Shown here one piece after another: positions 44,945 through 56,238 of a stretch of DNA of 64,000 nucleotides. The notes below the pieces were generated by a model that made no database searches, was not told where the DNA came from, and worked only from the letters and a program-made list of their open reading frames with translations. The stretch is from positions 124,001 to 188,000 of the forward strand of contig JAANOX010000268.1 of the NCBI GenBank assembly GCA_020184695.1. Direction: 5' to 3'. A program made the position numbers and the translations under genes. Numbering within the stretch: the first letter of the stretch is position 1; each line of letters begins with the position of its first letter. This DNA is from Histomonas meleagridis 2922-C6/04-290x. Taxonomy: Eukaryota; Protista; Parabasalia.

Positions 44945-47900
44945 ATGGATAAAAAAAATGATAACTTCATTGCAACACTTTGTAAACTTGAGCAAATCAT
45001 ATTTAACCTAAGGAAAGAAGATCTTATGGTGTCAATTGAACAAACAATGAAATTATATGATTCAAATTTTTCATACTCATATAATTCAATTATTAGTAAT
45101 TTAATTTATTCTGCATTTTATGCACAAAAATATTCAAGTGATTTGTATTTAAATTATTTAGAAGCTTTTCAAACAAAAGAAGAAGAATTTTTTAAGGAGA
45201 AAATAAATATTATTAAAAATTTTTGTAATTATTTATGTAAGATTAAATCACAAGAATCATATTATTTAATTGAAAGAATGATTGAAAAAAATTTAATTAG
45301 TTCAAATGTTACTAAATTCATCAATTCTAAATATTTTGCACATTATAAAACAGAATCAGAAAACAAAACAAATTATGATGCTAAAGAAGATTATTTTCAT
45401 GAAAATTATGAAGAGCTTTCAAAGAATGATTTTGAACTTCATAAGCAATTCATCAAAGAAGGACATAATCCAAATGAAATAGCAAAAATAATTCGAAATG
45501 ATGAATTAGAAAAACTTCAAGAAATGTCATCACAAACAAATTTTTATTTTAATCAAGAAATAAAACCATCAATTTATGAAAGATGTGATTTTATAAATCA
45601 AAAAAATGTTACATTAATTGATTATGCAGCATTTTTTGGATCAGTTAAATGTTTTAAATATTTACTTATGAATGGTGCAAAAGTAATAAATGCAGGTAAA
45701 TATGCAGTTGCAGGTGGAAATGAAGAAATCATTCATTTATGTGAACAAAATCATTCTTCATTTTTTAAAGCATATGAAACAGCAATTGAATTCCATCAAA
45801 ATGATATTTTTAAATATATTTATGAAAACAAATTAGAAAAATTGGATGGAAACATAAATAGTTTGGCACAATTTTGTATTAATAATAATTATGAAATACT
45901 TTCTTTTTTGGAAGAAGAAGGTATGAAAATAAATGATTCTATCTTTAATGAAACAGCTTAAATTGGGAATTTACTTCTTGTTAAACACTTCTTTCAAAAT
46001 TATCAATTTCCAAAAAATATTTTATATATGACATTACTATCAGACAATACTGAACTTGTTAAATATATTTTAGGTCAAGATGGAATTGATTTAAATCATA
46101 AAGATGTTTATTTGATTTATATAGAGTTAATTTTTATAAAATGAAATTTCAAAATTATATTTGGAAATTATTCAAGTTATTTAAAACAGCACTTATTTAT
46201 GTATCTGAAAATGGTAATCAAAAAATGGTAGAATTACTTCTTGAACAAAAAGGAATTGATGTTAATGCAAAAAATATTTATTTGTTTAATTTTATGTTTA
46301 TTATAATTCCTTCGTGTTTGAAAATAATATTTAGTAATCATATTTATTAATTTGGACAGCATTTATGTTTGCAACTGATAAAAATCACATCGAAATAGTT
46401 AAGACATTTCTTGGAAATGAAGAAATTGATATAAACGGCGCAGATATTAATTTATTTTGCTTAATATTTATTTTAATAATTTAACATTTGAAAATAATAT
46501 TTGGAATATATTTAAAATATTTAGAACAGTACTTATGAAAGCATGTGAAAATGGTAATATCGAAATGGTTAAATTGTTTTTGGAACAAAAAGGAATTGAT
46601 ATTAATGCAAAAGATATTTAATTATATGATTGAAAGTTTATTTTAATAATTTATTGTTTAAAATTTATATTAGGAAATTATTTAAATTATTTTATACAGC
46701 ACTTATGTATGCATCTATGAATTGTCATGCAGAAATAGTTAAATTACTTCTTGAACAAAAAGGAATTGATATTAGAGCCAAAAATATTTGTTTATTTTAT
46801 ATAGTATTTATTTCAAAAACTTTATGCTTCATAACATAATTTGGAAATAATTCAATTTGTTTAAAACTGCATTTGAGTATGGAATGGAAAAAGGATGTGA
46901 AAAAATTACTGAATACCTTATTAATCAATATGTAATTGATACCAATGTGCAAAATATTCTTTTATTTTATTTGAAATTTGTTTTAACAAATTTGTAATTA
47001 TTAAAAATATTTGGTACAATACTTATTTTTGCATGTAAAAAAAATTGTTTCGATTTAGCTCAAGTACTTCTTCAACAAAAAAAATTTGATATTAACACTA
47101 AAGATATTTATTCATATAATTTAAAATTTGTAATAATAATATAATGTTTTAAAATATTATTTGGAAATTTTCAAATATACTTGAAACAGCACTTGTGTTA
47201 TCATCTAAAAATGGTTATATAGAAATAGTTAAATTACTTCTTGAACACGAAGGAATTGATATTAATGCCAAAGATTTTTATTTGTTTTATTTGATATTTA
47301 TTTTAATAATTTAATATTTCAAAATAATATTTGGAAATGATTTAAATTGTTTGATACAGCACTTATGTATGCATCTAGAAATGACAACATAGAAATAGTT
47401 AAATTACTTCTTGAACAAGAAGGAATTGATATTAATGCTAAAGATATTTATTTGTTTTAAATAGAATTTATTTTAATAATTTTATATTTCAAAATAATAT
47501 TTGGAAATTATTTAAATTATTTTGGACAGCACTTATTAGAGCATCTTTAAATGGTCATACAGAAATAGTTAAATTACTTCTTGAACAAAAAGGAATTGAT
47601 ATTAATGCTAAAGATATTTATTTGGTTTATTTAAAATTTATTTTAATAATTTGATATTTCAAAATAATATTTGGAAATAATTCAAATTATTTAAAACAGC
47701 ACTTGTTAGAGCATCTGAAGAAGGTTATATAGAAATAGTCAAATTACTTCTTGAACAAAAAGGAATAGATATAAATGTAAAAGATATTTATTTATTTTGT
47801 TTAAATTTTATTTTGATAATTTAAGGTTTCAATATAATATTTGGAAATTAATTAAATCATTTAAAACTGCACTTATTTTAGCATCAGCAAATAATCTTAT

Positions 47901-48197
47901 AAAAATAGTTAAATTACTTCTTGAACACGAAGGAATTGATGCTAATGTAGAAGATATTTATTTGTTTTATTTGATATTTATTTTAATAATTTAATATTTC
48001 AAAATAATATTTGGAAATTAATTAAATAATTTAAAACTGCGCTTATCATTGCATATAAAAAAGGTTATATAGAAATAGTTAAATTACTTCTTGAACATGA
48101 AGAAATTGATGCTAATGTAAAATGTATTTATTTGTTTTATTTGATATTTATTTTAATAATTTAATATTTCAAAATAATATTTGGAAACCACGCCTAA
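44945..48197 (+). CDS. DUF3447-type ankyrin gene with 13 spacer clusters (~50 17-nt spacers); one in-frame TAA at 45959-45961
   Basis: Decoded hairpins: KDREGKT, KNYRSWT, ADNNGRT, KDKIGYT, KNSYGKT, QNECG-T, KDKNGET, KDDNGDT, KDRYGWT, KDKDGKT, KDKKGKT, EDDNGKT, KCDNG. The 3' end is uncertain. Confidence 0.75.
46106..48185 (+). other. Array of 13 clusters of (17-nt spacer + codon), 170-nt period
   Basis: Clusters start at 46106, 46276, 46446, 46616, 46786, 46956, 47106, 47276, 47446, 47616, 47786, 47956 and 48126. Confidence 0.9.
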
Positions 48198-48466
48198 AAG
48201 TACATTTTATATTTGCAATTTATATTAATTTTCATTAAAACTCATAAAAGCATGAATAAAAATTCAATTCCCTTCGACTTATATAAAAATCCATTCTCTT
48301 TTTAGTTTAAAATGGCTCAAAAAAATCATTTGTATATCAAATTTTTTGTAATATTGGTTGAAATTAATAAAGCATATTACAAACATATTATTCTATATCT
48401 TAATGAAAAAAATATTTTTTTTATTAATTTACATTCTTTAAAACAATTATGTATACATTACATTTA

Positions 48467-49594
48467 TTAATATTCCGACTCTTCACTTGTATCATCGAAT
48501 TCTAATTCAGTTTCTTCGTCTTCCTCTATAAATTCATCACTTTCAATTCTTTCTTTCACTTCTTCTTCTTCTTCTTCCTCATTCCCTATTACAATTTCTT
48601 CGTCATTATCATCTTCAGCATTTTCTTCTTTTTTATGTATTTTCGTCTTTTCCAATATTTTAATTAGCTCATTATCATTTATTGTACTTTCCACACCTAA
48701 AAACTCAACTACCGAATTACGTAATATTGTATATCCTCTTTCTTCATCATCATTAGTCTTTTTATCATCTCTAATTATATTGCCAGTTTCAATTGATGAA
48801 AGAATTTCTTCGTTTTGAAGTAAATCATTTCCATATTCATTAAGCATGGCTTCATACATGTCAACAGATTTACTTCCCGTTTGAAGGGATTGTAATTGGG
48901 CTGCAAGCAAATTAATGATGTCTTGTTGGCGATTAATAAGTGAATCGACTTCGTTGATATGTTTCGTAGTTTTGTTTTTGGAAATAGTCTCATTGTGAAG
49001 TGATGCTGATGAGTGAAATTTTCGAAGAAATTGGAGAATTTGTGCACGACTTTGACCTAAGGATCGGAGGAGTCGAACAATTCGAACTGATGGAGGATCA
49101 TGTGAATGAAGAGATGTGATATGAAGATATCGATCATATTCTGCATTTGTCTGAGAAGTGGATTTTTCATGAAAAGAAAAGTTACACCGTGGAACCCAGC
49201 CATTGGTTAGAAGATTACGTATAAGATCTGGTGAACCAAAAGTCGGTGGTAATTGATCTGAAGGAGATACTTTAACTCCATTGATATACTCAAGATCCGA
49301 ATTACATAGAATAAGAAGAAGTGAGCGGAAATTTGGTATAAGAGAAATTGGTGTATCAATAAGAGATATCGTTTTGAGATTTTTAAGTGTAGGAAAACCT
49401 AAAAATGAGCAAATTGGATTGCGGTCTAAATAAAGGGCTTCTAAGGTGTCTAATGGTTCTAAACCTAAAAAATCAACAAGTTTATTATCTTCAAGATGAA
49501 TTTGTTCTGTAGTTGTAGAAATATCAATATCAAAGAAGCTTTTAATTTCTTGGTGCTTTTTGCTCATTTTTGCTCCATTTTTTTGTCCTTTCAT
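48467..49594 (-). CDS. Leucine-rich repeat protein with acidic C-terminus
   Basis: LRR motifs LEDNKLVDF, LEALYLDRNPI, LKTISLIDTPI and LRR cap LEYING; start Met approximate. Confidence 0.75.
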   Translation of the reverse strand: MKGQKNGAKMSKKHQEIKSFFDIDISTTTEQIHLEDNKLVDFLGLEPLDTLEALYLDRNPICSFLGFPTLKNLKTISLIDTPISLIPNFRSLLLILCNSDLEYINGVKVSPSDQLPPTFGSPDLIRNLLTNGWVPRCNFSFHEKSTSQTNAEYDRYLHITSLHSHDPPSVRIVRLLRSLGQSRAQILQFLRKFHSSASLHNETISKNKTTKHINEVDSLINRQQDIINLLAAQLQSLQTGSKSVDMYEAMLNEYGNDLLQNEEILSSIETGNIIRDDKKTNDDEERGYTILRNSVVEFLGVESTINDNELIKILEKTKIHKKEENAEDDNDEEIVIGNEEEEEEEVKERIESDEFIEEDEETELEFDDTSEESEY

Positions 49595-49660
49595 ATAAAA
49601 AATAATGGACTGCTGATAAACGGTTTTTGACAAAACTTTCGGCGCGTTAACGTCTTTGTA

Positions 49661-51016
49661 ATGGCGGAGTACAAAAAATCTTCTTTAACTCCACATGATT
49701 TTTTATCATTACCAAATAAAAAGGAAGAGAAGATATATTTTTTGAATGATGTAAAAATGGTGTTTCTACCCTTAAATCATTTTCAGCCAATTATTTCATT
49801 AATGAAAGCTCTCAATGAAAATGAATCAGCAACCTTGGAAAAGAATTTAAAAATAATTGCTAAACGTCTTGAATCAATACCATTACCTAATCCTGATGAT
49901 TTGCTTTCCACTCCTCTCTTAGAAATTCTCATACAAATCATTTCTAACCCACTATGTGACGCATCTGTACGAATCCCTTCACTCAAAATCATCCTATTTT
50001 TGACACTTTCTGATAATAATTCTGAATCATTATATACAAATGACTTAATTGATTTAATAACCCAATTTATTCGTCAAAACCTCTCATTCCAACCATTAAA
50101 ATTTTTAACAAATTGTTCAGAAATGTCAAAAATTTGTTTTATGATTCTATCCAATTTACTCACTCCACAACTTCTTATTCATTTAATAAACAATGATATT
50201 ATCGGAATTACAGTACATTCGCTATTTAATTCTTCGTCATACAATGCGAGTGAATCAATTCTTCACTTGATAAAAAAAATGATTTATATATCTAAAACAA
50301 TTCCAGACTTTGATTTTTCTTCATTATCACAACTTACAGAAGACATTTCACGTTTTTTAATTATTCAATCAAATTTACAATCTGCTTTTTGTGATGTATA
50401 TTATGAATTAATTAATATTCCAGACTGTTTCCAACGTGCATTAAATTGTAACATACCAAATATGCTTATGGCAAATATTAGCGCTTATTCTTTTGTAAGT
50501 TTTATGAAACTAATTAATTATTTTTGCTTTCAAGGAATTGTTCAAGTCTTTGATTTAGATGAATTTAAAAATAAAATAATTTCATTTTGTTGTATAACTG
50601 ATGAGATTGGACTTAAACAAATTGCTGAGTTTTTTGAGTTTTGTATAAATTTTGATTTGGGTTATTTGTCTCACGAATTAATGGGTGTGGTAAATAGTGG
50701 AAACTTTCAGAAAAAAGTAGTTGCTTGCGAAATATTCTGTAATCATTTTAATGACTTCTTAAGTGCACTTCAAATGGATATAACTCATGAAGTTGTAATG
50801 GTTTTAATGGATATTGTTTGTGAACTTCCTACAGAAAATGTGTTAATGTGTTTAAGAACAATTGATTTTTTCTTTGATAATTATCCTGAAGATGCTAAAG
50901 AATGCGGAGATAAAGCATCGTTCGAGTTGGATTTAGAATTATTAAATTCTTTTAATAACGATGAAATAACTGAAGTGGCAAATGCTATAAATGCAAAAAT
51001 TATGATGATGAGCTAA
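49661..51016 (+). CDS. ARM/HEAT-like alpha-helical protein
   Basis: 451-aa Leu/Ile-rich helical ORF. Confidence 0.6.
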   Translation: MAEYKKSSLTPHDFLSLPNKKEEKIYFLNDVKMVFLPLNHFQPIISLMKALNENESATLEKNLKIIAKRLESIPLPNPDDLLSTPLLEILIQIISNPLCDASVRIPSLKIILFLTLSDNNSESLYTNDLIDLITQFIRQNLSFQPLKFLTNCSEMSKICFMILSNLLTPQLLIHLINNDIIGITVHSLFNSSSYNASESILHLIKKMIYISKTIPDFDFSSLSQLTEDISRFLIIQSNLQSAFCDVYYELINIPDCFQRALNCNIPNMLMANISAYSFVSFMKLINYFCFQGIVQVFDLDEFKNKIISFCCITDEIGLKQIAEFFEFCINFDLGYLSHELMGVVNSGNFQKKVVACEIFCNHFNDFLSALQMDITHEVVMVLMDIVCELPTENVLMCLRTIDFFFDNYPEDAKECGDKASFELDLELLNSFNNDEITEVANAINAKIMMMS

Positions 51017-51061
51017 AGAAGTATTGTAAGTAAGATAAATAAATGTTTTTATAAGCAATTT

Positions 51062-52771
51062 ATGATTGTTTTTTATACGAAAGATAAAGAAAAAAAAGAG
51101 TTTTGCAAAGAAAAAAAATTAAACGTACTCTCAATGCAACTTGATTGTAACATTGATGACGAATCGAAAATAAGAATACGTGAATTCTTTAAACAGAAAG
51201 ATCCTCATGAATATATTCGTGAATTTTTATCTAAATATCTTTATACAAATAATTCTCCTCAAAAAGAAAATCAAATGCCTTCTTTATTTCAACCAAACCC
51301 AAAGCCATCAAATCGCATGCCAATATCTAATACAAATGAATCAACATCCATTCCATCACTTCGGGTTGAATTTACTAAGGGATCTTCATTTGATGATTTC
51401 AGTGGTATTACTTCTACATATTTTTGTTTTGATTTTGAAGTCCTTGGTAAGCATCATTTTGTTAAACATATTTCAGCATGTCAAAATCCAATTATTGGTC
51501 AAACAATAATTTCTCCAATTCCCTCAGATAATATTGAATATCTTCTTACAACGCCCATTCGAATTTCTGTTTCCACAGAATCACCAAATCGTCGCTTTAT
51601 TGGGTTTTCTACAATTAGTTGGAATCACATTCTTTCAAATAGAACTGAGAGTTCTTCCGATATTATTAGCTCACAGGGAGATGTTGTTGGTGTTGTTGAT
51701 TACACACTTACTTTGAATAATATTGATTATCGTTTACTTATTAAACATCTTGAAAACATATCTGATAATAACAGCAGTAATCAAACCTTATCAGATTTTC
51801 GCAAGTGGTATCGAGAATTAAAACAACATGTCAACATTGAAATGATAAATATATCCTTATTGAATTCCATAACACCAATGTATTCTCGAAAGCTTATAAC
51901 GCCAGGACATTGTTTTCGTTATGTTTGTTTATTTGATAACATTTGTTCACCAAAAGGTTCATCAATAATTCCAAATTGGGCTGTTATTGGTTCAAAATTT
52001 GGAGATGAAACCGAGAAATTAAATGTACTTGTATCATTTCTTAGAGGTTTTAATTTACGAAGTTTTGTTGTAGTTGCAAAACCTCATTCATTTGCTGTCT
52101 CTCTATCGTTCACGCCGCCGGTTATTTTTGATGTAAACAATAGAAATTTTGGCAAAAACATTCCAAAAGAAACAGAACATATTTCTTATTTATATAATGA
52201 AGAAATGATTTGTGTAAATCTTTGTCCTGATGAAAGTATTGATTGGGATATTGATAACCCAATAAAATGGAAAACTTTTCATGTTCAAAAGGACGTTAAT
52301 GTATTTGAACTTAAATCAGATGAATCTGAAAAAAGAAATGAAAGCGAAATAGAAATACAATTAATGCGAATGATTGAATTACATCGCACATCTGTTGGAT
52401 TAACCACCAAATGGAACCAAAAATTACATTCATTACTTTTACCAATTGTCGATTCATATGAACAAGAAAAAATAAATGGAAGTAATTTAGGTATATATTC
52501 GTTTGCTTCAGATGCAATTCGAAAATCTATTAAGCAATTTCATGCATTTCGAGCCGCGCCTGCATTTGTTAATAGTGATAACAGTAATGACATTTTTAAG
52601 GCGATTGTAAAGACAAAATGCGGTTTGGAAATTATGGGATCAAAAGATGATGATGAGATGTTTGCGATTGTTGTTAAGTGTAACTATTATCCATGTGGCG
52701 CGGTGGCAACTTGGGTTATACTTGGGATAGATTCAGTTTCTCCATTACATACCGAAAAATCTACAAAATGA
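51062..52771 (+). CDS. CEP76-like protein (C2 + transglutaminase-like + C-terminal domain)
   Basis: FRYVCLF, GDETEKLNVLVSFLRGFNLRSFV, HAFRAAP and FAIVV...YP....TWV match CEP76-family landmarks. Confidence 0.65.
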   Translation: MIVFYTKDKEKKEFCKEKKLNVLSMQLDCNIDDESKIRIREFFKQKDPHEYIREFLSKYLYTNNSPQKENQMPSLFQPNPKPSNRMPISNTNESTSIPSLRVEFTKGSSFDDFSGITSTYFCFDFEVLGKHHFVKHISACQNPIIGQTIISPIPSDNIEYLLTTPIRISVSTESPNRRFIGFSTISWNHILSNRTESSSDIISSQGDVVGVVDYTLTLNNIDYRLLIKHLENISDNNSSNQTLSDFRKWYRELKQHVNIEMINISLLNSITPMYSRKLITPGHCFRYVCLFDNICSPKGSSIIPNWAVIGSKFGDETEKLNVLVSFLRGFNLRSFVVVAKPHSFAVSLSFTPPVIFDVNNRNFGKNIPKETEHISYLYNEEMICVNLCPDESIDWDIDNPIKWKTFHVQKDVNVFELKSDESEKRNESEIEIQLMRMIELHRTSVGLTTKWNQKLHSLLLPIVDSYEQEKINGSNLGIYSFASDAIRKSIKQFHAFRAAPAFVNSDNSNDIFKAIVKTKCGLEIMGSKDDDEMFAIVVKCNYYPCGAVATWVILGIDSVSPLHTEKSTK

Positions 52772-53168
52772 AATATTTGTATTTAAAAATTGTTTTCTTT
52801 TTATGTTATATAAAAATATTGTTATATGTTTGATTTGTTAAGAGATTTAAACTTATTTTTCTTTTTTGTGAATATCTGCTTTTTATTTTTGAAAGTTATA
52901 TAAAATTTCGATGAATTGGAAGATCCACAAAAAATAATTGACGAAATGTTCAATCTAAAGCAATCAAAAATTAATAAATTATATACATTTTCAAAGGAGT
53001 TGAAATTACTATTTTTTTAATGTTACTTTCTTTCAAAAGTATGATTAAAATAAAAAACAAAATTTGATAGTTCCCCAAAATTATCAATTGAAAACCATAA
53101 AGCATTTACGCTTTGAGTTTTCAAGTGTGAAATTGTTATTTTAACAATATAGTGATTTTATTTCGTTG

Positions 53169-53909
53169 ATGGATCTTTCTTGGAACTTCTATATTGATGA
53201 AAATGAAGATCCTCAACTTCCTCTTGAAACAGATTTATTACCTTCTTCAATACGTGATATGATTACTGATAATAATAGGTTTCATTTATCTTTAATGAAT
53301 AAAAATGTATCCAATATTATTCATAGACAACTAAGTGATGGAGATAATGTATCACAAATTTTTATGCAAAAAGAAAACATCTTTATCATCGACATAAAAC
53401 AATATGTCCTTATTAAATGTCATCAAAACAAAATAAAAGTTTTTGTTAATGGAAGTAAGTTACAGCTTAACATTGGTGATATTGTTTTAACAGAAGCTGA
53501 TAGAGGTTATGATATTGGTCAAATTATAAGCATTGATATTATTCCATCCAAAAGAGATATAAATAATGCTAAAACCATACTCAGAAAAGCAACACAAGCA
53601 GAAATATTAAAGATCAAAAGCCAAAGAGAAAAAGAAATCCAAGCTAAAGAAATATGTCAAATGAAAGCAGATGAATTAAATTTACAAATGAAAATTACAT
53701 CAACTGAACTTCAGTTTGATGAAAAAAAGTTAACCGTTTATTTTTCAGCAGAAAAATATGTTGATTTTAGAAATCTAGTTCATTCTTTATTTAGATACTT
53801 CGGGATTCGAATTTGGATGGTTTGGCTTGATGGACAAGAGCCTGTTAAAGATGTTTTTACACATGGAACAAAAAAAAGTTTTTCAAAACAACGAAAGGAA
53901 ATCAAATGA
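53169..53909 (+). CDS. PSP1 C-terminal domain protein
   Basis: GDIVLTEADRGYDIG, ILRKAT, ELQFDEKKLTVYFSAEKYVDFRNLV...RIWM. Confidence 0.85.
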   Translation: MDLSWNFYIDENEDPQLPLETDLLPSSIRDMITDNNRFHLSLMNKNVSNIIHRQLSDGDNVSQIFMQKENIFIIDIKQYVLIKCHQNKIKVFVNGSKLQLNIGDIVLTEADRGYDIGQIISIDIIPSKRDINNAKTILRKATQAEILKIKSQREKEIQAKEICQMKADELNLQMKITSTELQFDEKKLTVYFSAEKYVDFRNLVHSLFRYFGIRIWMVWLDGQEPVKDVFTHGTKKSFSKQRKEIK

Positions 53910-54404
53910 AGAATTAACTTCTTTATAGAATGGACTTTATGAAAAATAGCATGGATAGAAGCTTCGATAATGGTTAAATAGATTTTTTTTGGCAAATTTT
54001 TTTCGTGTTAATCAGTACGCAAATTTTTGAGAAGTTTTCACGTTTTTGTGAAGTTAGTTTTGATGGTTTTATGAACGTTCTTCTCAAACTTTTGATTAAT
54101 TGTAAAGTTTTAGCGTTCCTATAATATATTTCAAAAATATTGAATCAAAAAAGTGTATTTTATGATCATTTATTTCATTCAAATCTCATTAAGTTTTGTG
54201 AGAAGAAAGAAAACATGAATATCTCTATGATATAATTTTTTTATAAGAATTAACAAAGAATTTATTTTATCTTCATGATATAATAAATAAATATAGACAC
54301 ATGTATCAAAATAATCAATTTTGATGGTGTATTGATAATTTCATCTATCACATATTTTCAGTACAATACAATTTCGATAAGTTTACAAAGCGGTTTTTTA
54401 TAGG

Positions 54405-56018
54405 ATGGACACAAGATTTCAGGAACCTACAGTCCAAATATTTAATATCGAAAATGACGTCAAGCCAGAAGCAGCAATTAAAACCAGAGCTAGATCTAAT
54501 GCAATAACAAAAAAGAAAGACACAAAAATCACATGTCATAAAAAGAAAAAGAGGCACTCCGGAAGTCGGAAAAGTGTAACAATTCCCTCCTCGAATTATT
54601 CAGAATCGGAAATTTCTATTTTAACTCCTCCATCTCATCAAACAATCCTTCCAATTATCTCAAACAAAACATCAGATGATTCATCAGGAGATAGCCAAAT
54701 TGGTATATTATTATTTAAGGACAAATTATTAACAATTATAGATTCATTTAATGTCACACAAAAAGAACTTGATGAACTCCTTCCTATCAACACACAAGCA
54801 TTTCCTTATCCACCTGAAATTTCATTTGACTCAGATAATACTATAATTAGTGCTACTTTCACTCAACTCATAATTGCTTTAACAGATCCCAATAAAACAG
54901 ATGTTGATTTCCAGAACAATTTTCTTATTTCATTTCCATCTTATTCCGAACCAAAGAAAGTTCTTGCTGCTTTATATCTACGTTTTTTCATCAACATTCA
55001 TCATCCAGATTCTAATATCAAAGACAAAAGTTATCTTTCTCTTGTTCAGAACCGTATTATTAGAATAATGTCTAAATGGATGTCGTCGTTCCAATCACAC
55101 TTCACAGATCCGATGATTTTATCGTTTGACAAGTTCCTTGATGCGATTTCAGATAACAAGTCGCTTGCAGTCCAGCACCAAATTATTCAAAATGCCTTAA
55201 AGAGGCTTCGTGGTGAACGCCAACGTTCAATTGTATATCGCGACGTTGACCCACCACCAATGAAACTCCCCAAAACTCCAGAACGAGATTGGATTATTGT
55301 AAATATTCCTCCTGAAGAACTTGCTCGTCAAGTTACACTACTTCACTCATCTTTTTACAGAGCTATTGAACCAGGAGAAATCTTGTCTTCCATTTGGGGT
55401 TCAAAAATGAATTATTCTAATAATTCAAATTTCAAAAAACTTATAAATCACTTTGATTCCTTCTCAACTATTGTTGTAGTTTCAATCCTTTCTTATGAAG
55501 AGACTCGAGAGCGCGCAGAAATTCATTCATTTTGGATTGATGTTTGCAAATATTGTCGTCGCCTTAATAATTTCCACGCATTGTTTAGTGTTATTACCGG
55601 ACTTCAACACCCGGCTATCAAACGCCTTAAGGAAACAGTTGAGTTATCTCTTAAATCAAAATCGAAAAGAAAAACATTTTTCGAACAAGCAATAGCTCTA
55701 TGTAGTAATGACGACAACTATGGAAACTATCGAAATGCGCTTACAACAGTACAACAACCATGCATTCCTTTTGTGGGATGCTTTCAACGAGATCTGATTT
55801 ATATTCATGAGATGAGTCCTGACATCATAAATGGGATGATAAACCTACACAAGTGTAATGAAGCCGTAAAAGTCCTCGTAAAAATGTCCGAGTTTCAATC
55901 TTGTACATATCCATTTCAATCTCATCCAAAGATACAAGAAATAATAACAAAGATACCAAACGAAATAAAGAATGAAACGCTAATGAGAATATCTATGCAA
56001 AGAGAGGCAAAGAAATGA
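54405..56018 (+). CDS. RasGEF (REM + CDC25 domain)
   Basis: FLISFPSY (REM), ELARQVTL, LNNFHALFSVITGL, PCIPFVG...DLIYIHE. Confidence 0.9.
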   Translation: MDTRFQEPTVQIFNIENDVKPEAAIKTRARSNAITKKKDTKITCHKKKKRHSGSRKSVTIPSSNYSESEISILTPPSHQTILPIISNKTSDDSSGDSQIGILLFKDKLLTIIDSFNVTQKELDELLPINTQAFPYPPEISFDSDNTIISATFTQLIIALTDPNKTDVDFQNNFLISFPSYSEPKKVLAALYLRFFINIHHPDSNIKDKSYLSLVQNRIIRIMSKWMSSFQSHFTDPMILSFDKFLDAISDNKSLAVQHQIIQNALKRLRGERQRSIVYRDVDPPPMKLPKTPERDWIIVNIPPEELARQVTLLHSSFYRAIEPGEILSSIWGSKMNYSNNSNFKKLINHFDSFSTIVVVSILSYEETRERAEIHSFWIDVCKYCRRLNNFHALFSVITGLQHPAIKRLKETVELSLKSKSKRKTFFEQAIALCSNDDNYGNYRNALTTVQQPCIPFVGCFQRDLIYIHEMSPDIINGMINLHKCNEAVKVLVKMSEFQSCTYPFQSHPKIQEIITKIPNEIKNETLMRISMQREAKK

Positions 56019-56238
56019 ATATAGATTTATAGATAAAGTAAATAATAGAAAACGAATGAAATTTCACCTTTTTAGTAAACGGATTAGTAGTGAAAAAGTT
56101 TATCAAATTTTGACAAAATTTACATGTAATTGAATGGTTTATTGCTTTGGAACTTTTGCCACATTTGAGTCTGCCGATAAGCATTTACATAGTCACTTTT
56201 ACACTTTTTGTACGAATAACCGCTAGATAAAAAAGTAA

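Noticed and set aside
46106-48185. CRISPR-like or purely non-coding tandem array; stop-codon reassignment explaining the broken ORFs
   Set aside because: The conserved part encodes ankyrin helices. Each block shifts the frame by 80 nt, which readthrough cannot fix, and ordinary genes in the window end in TAA/TAG/TGA.
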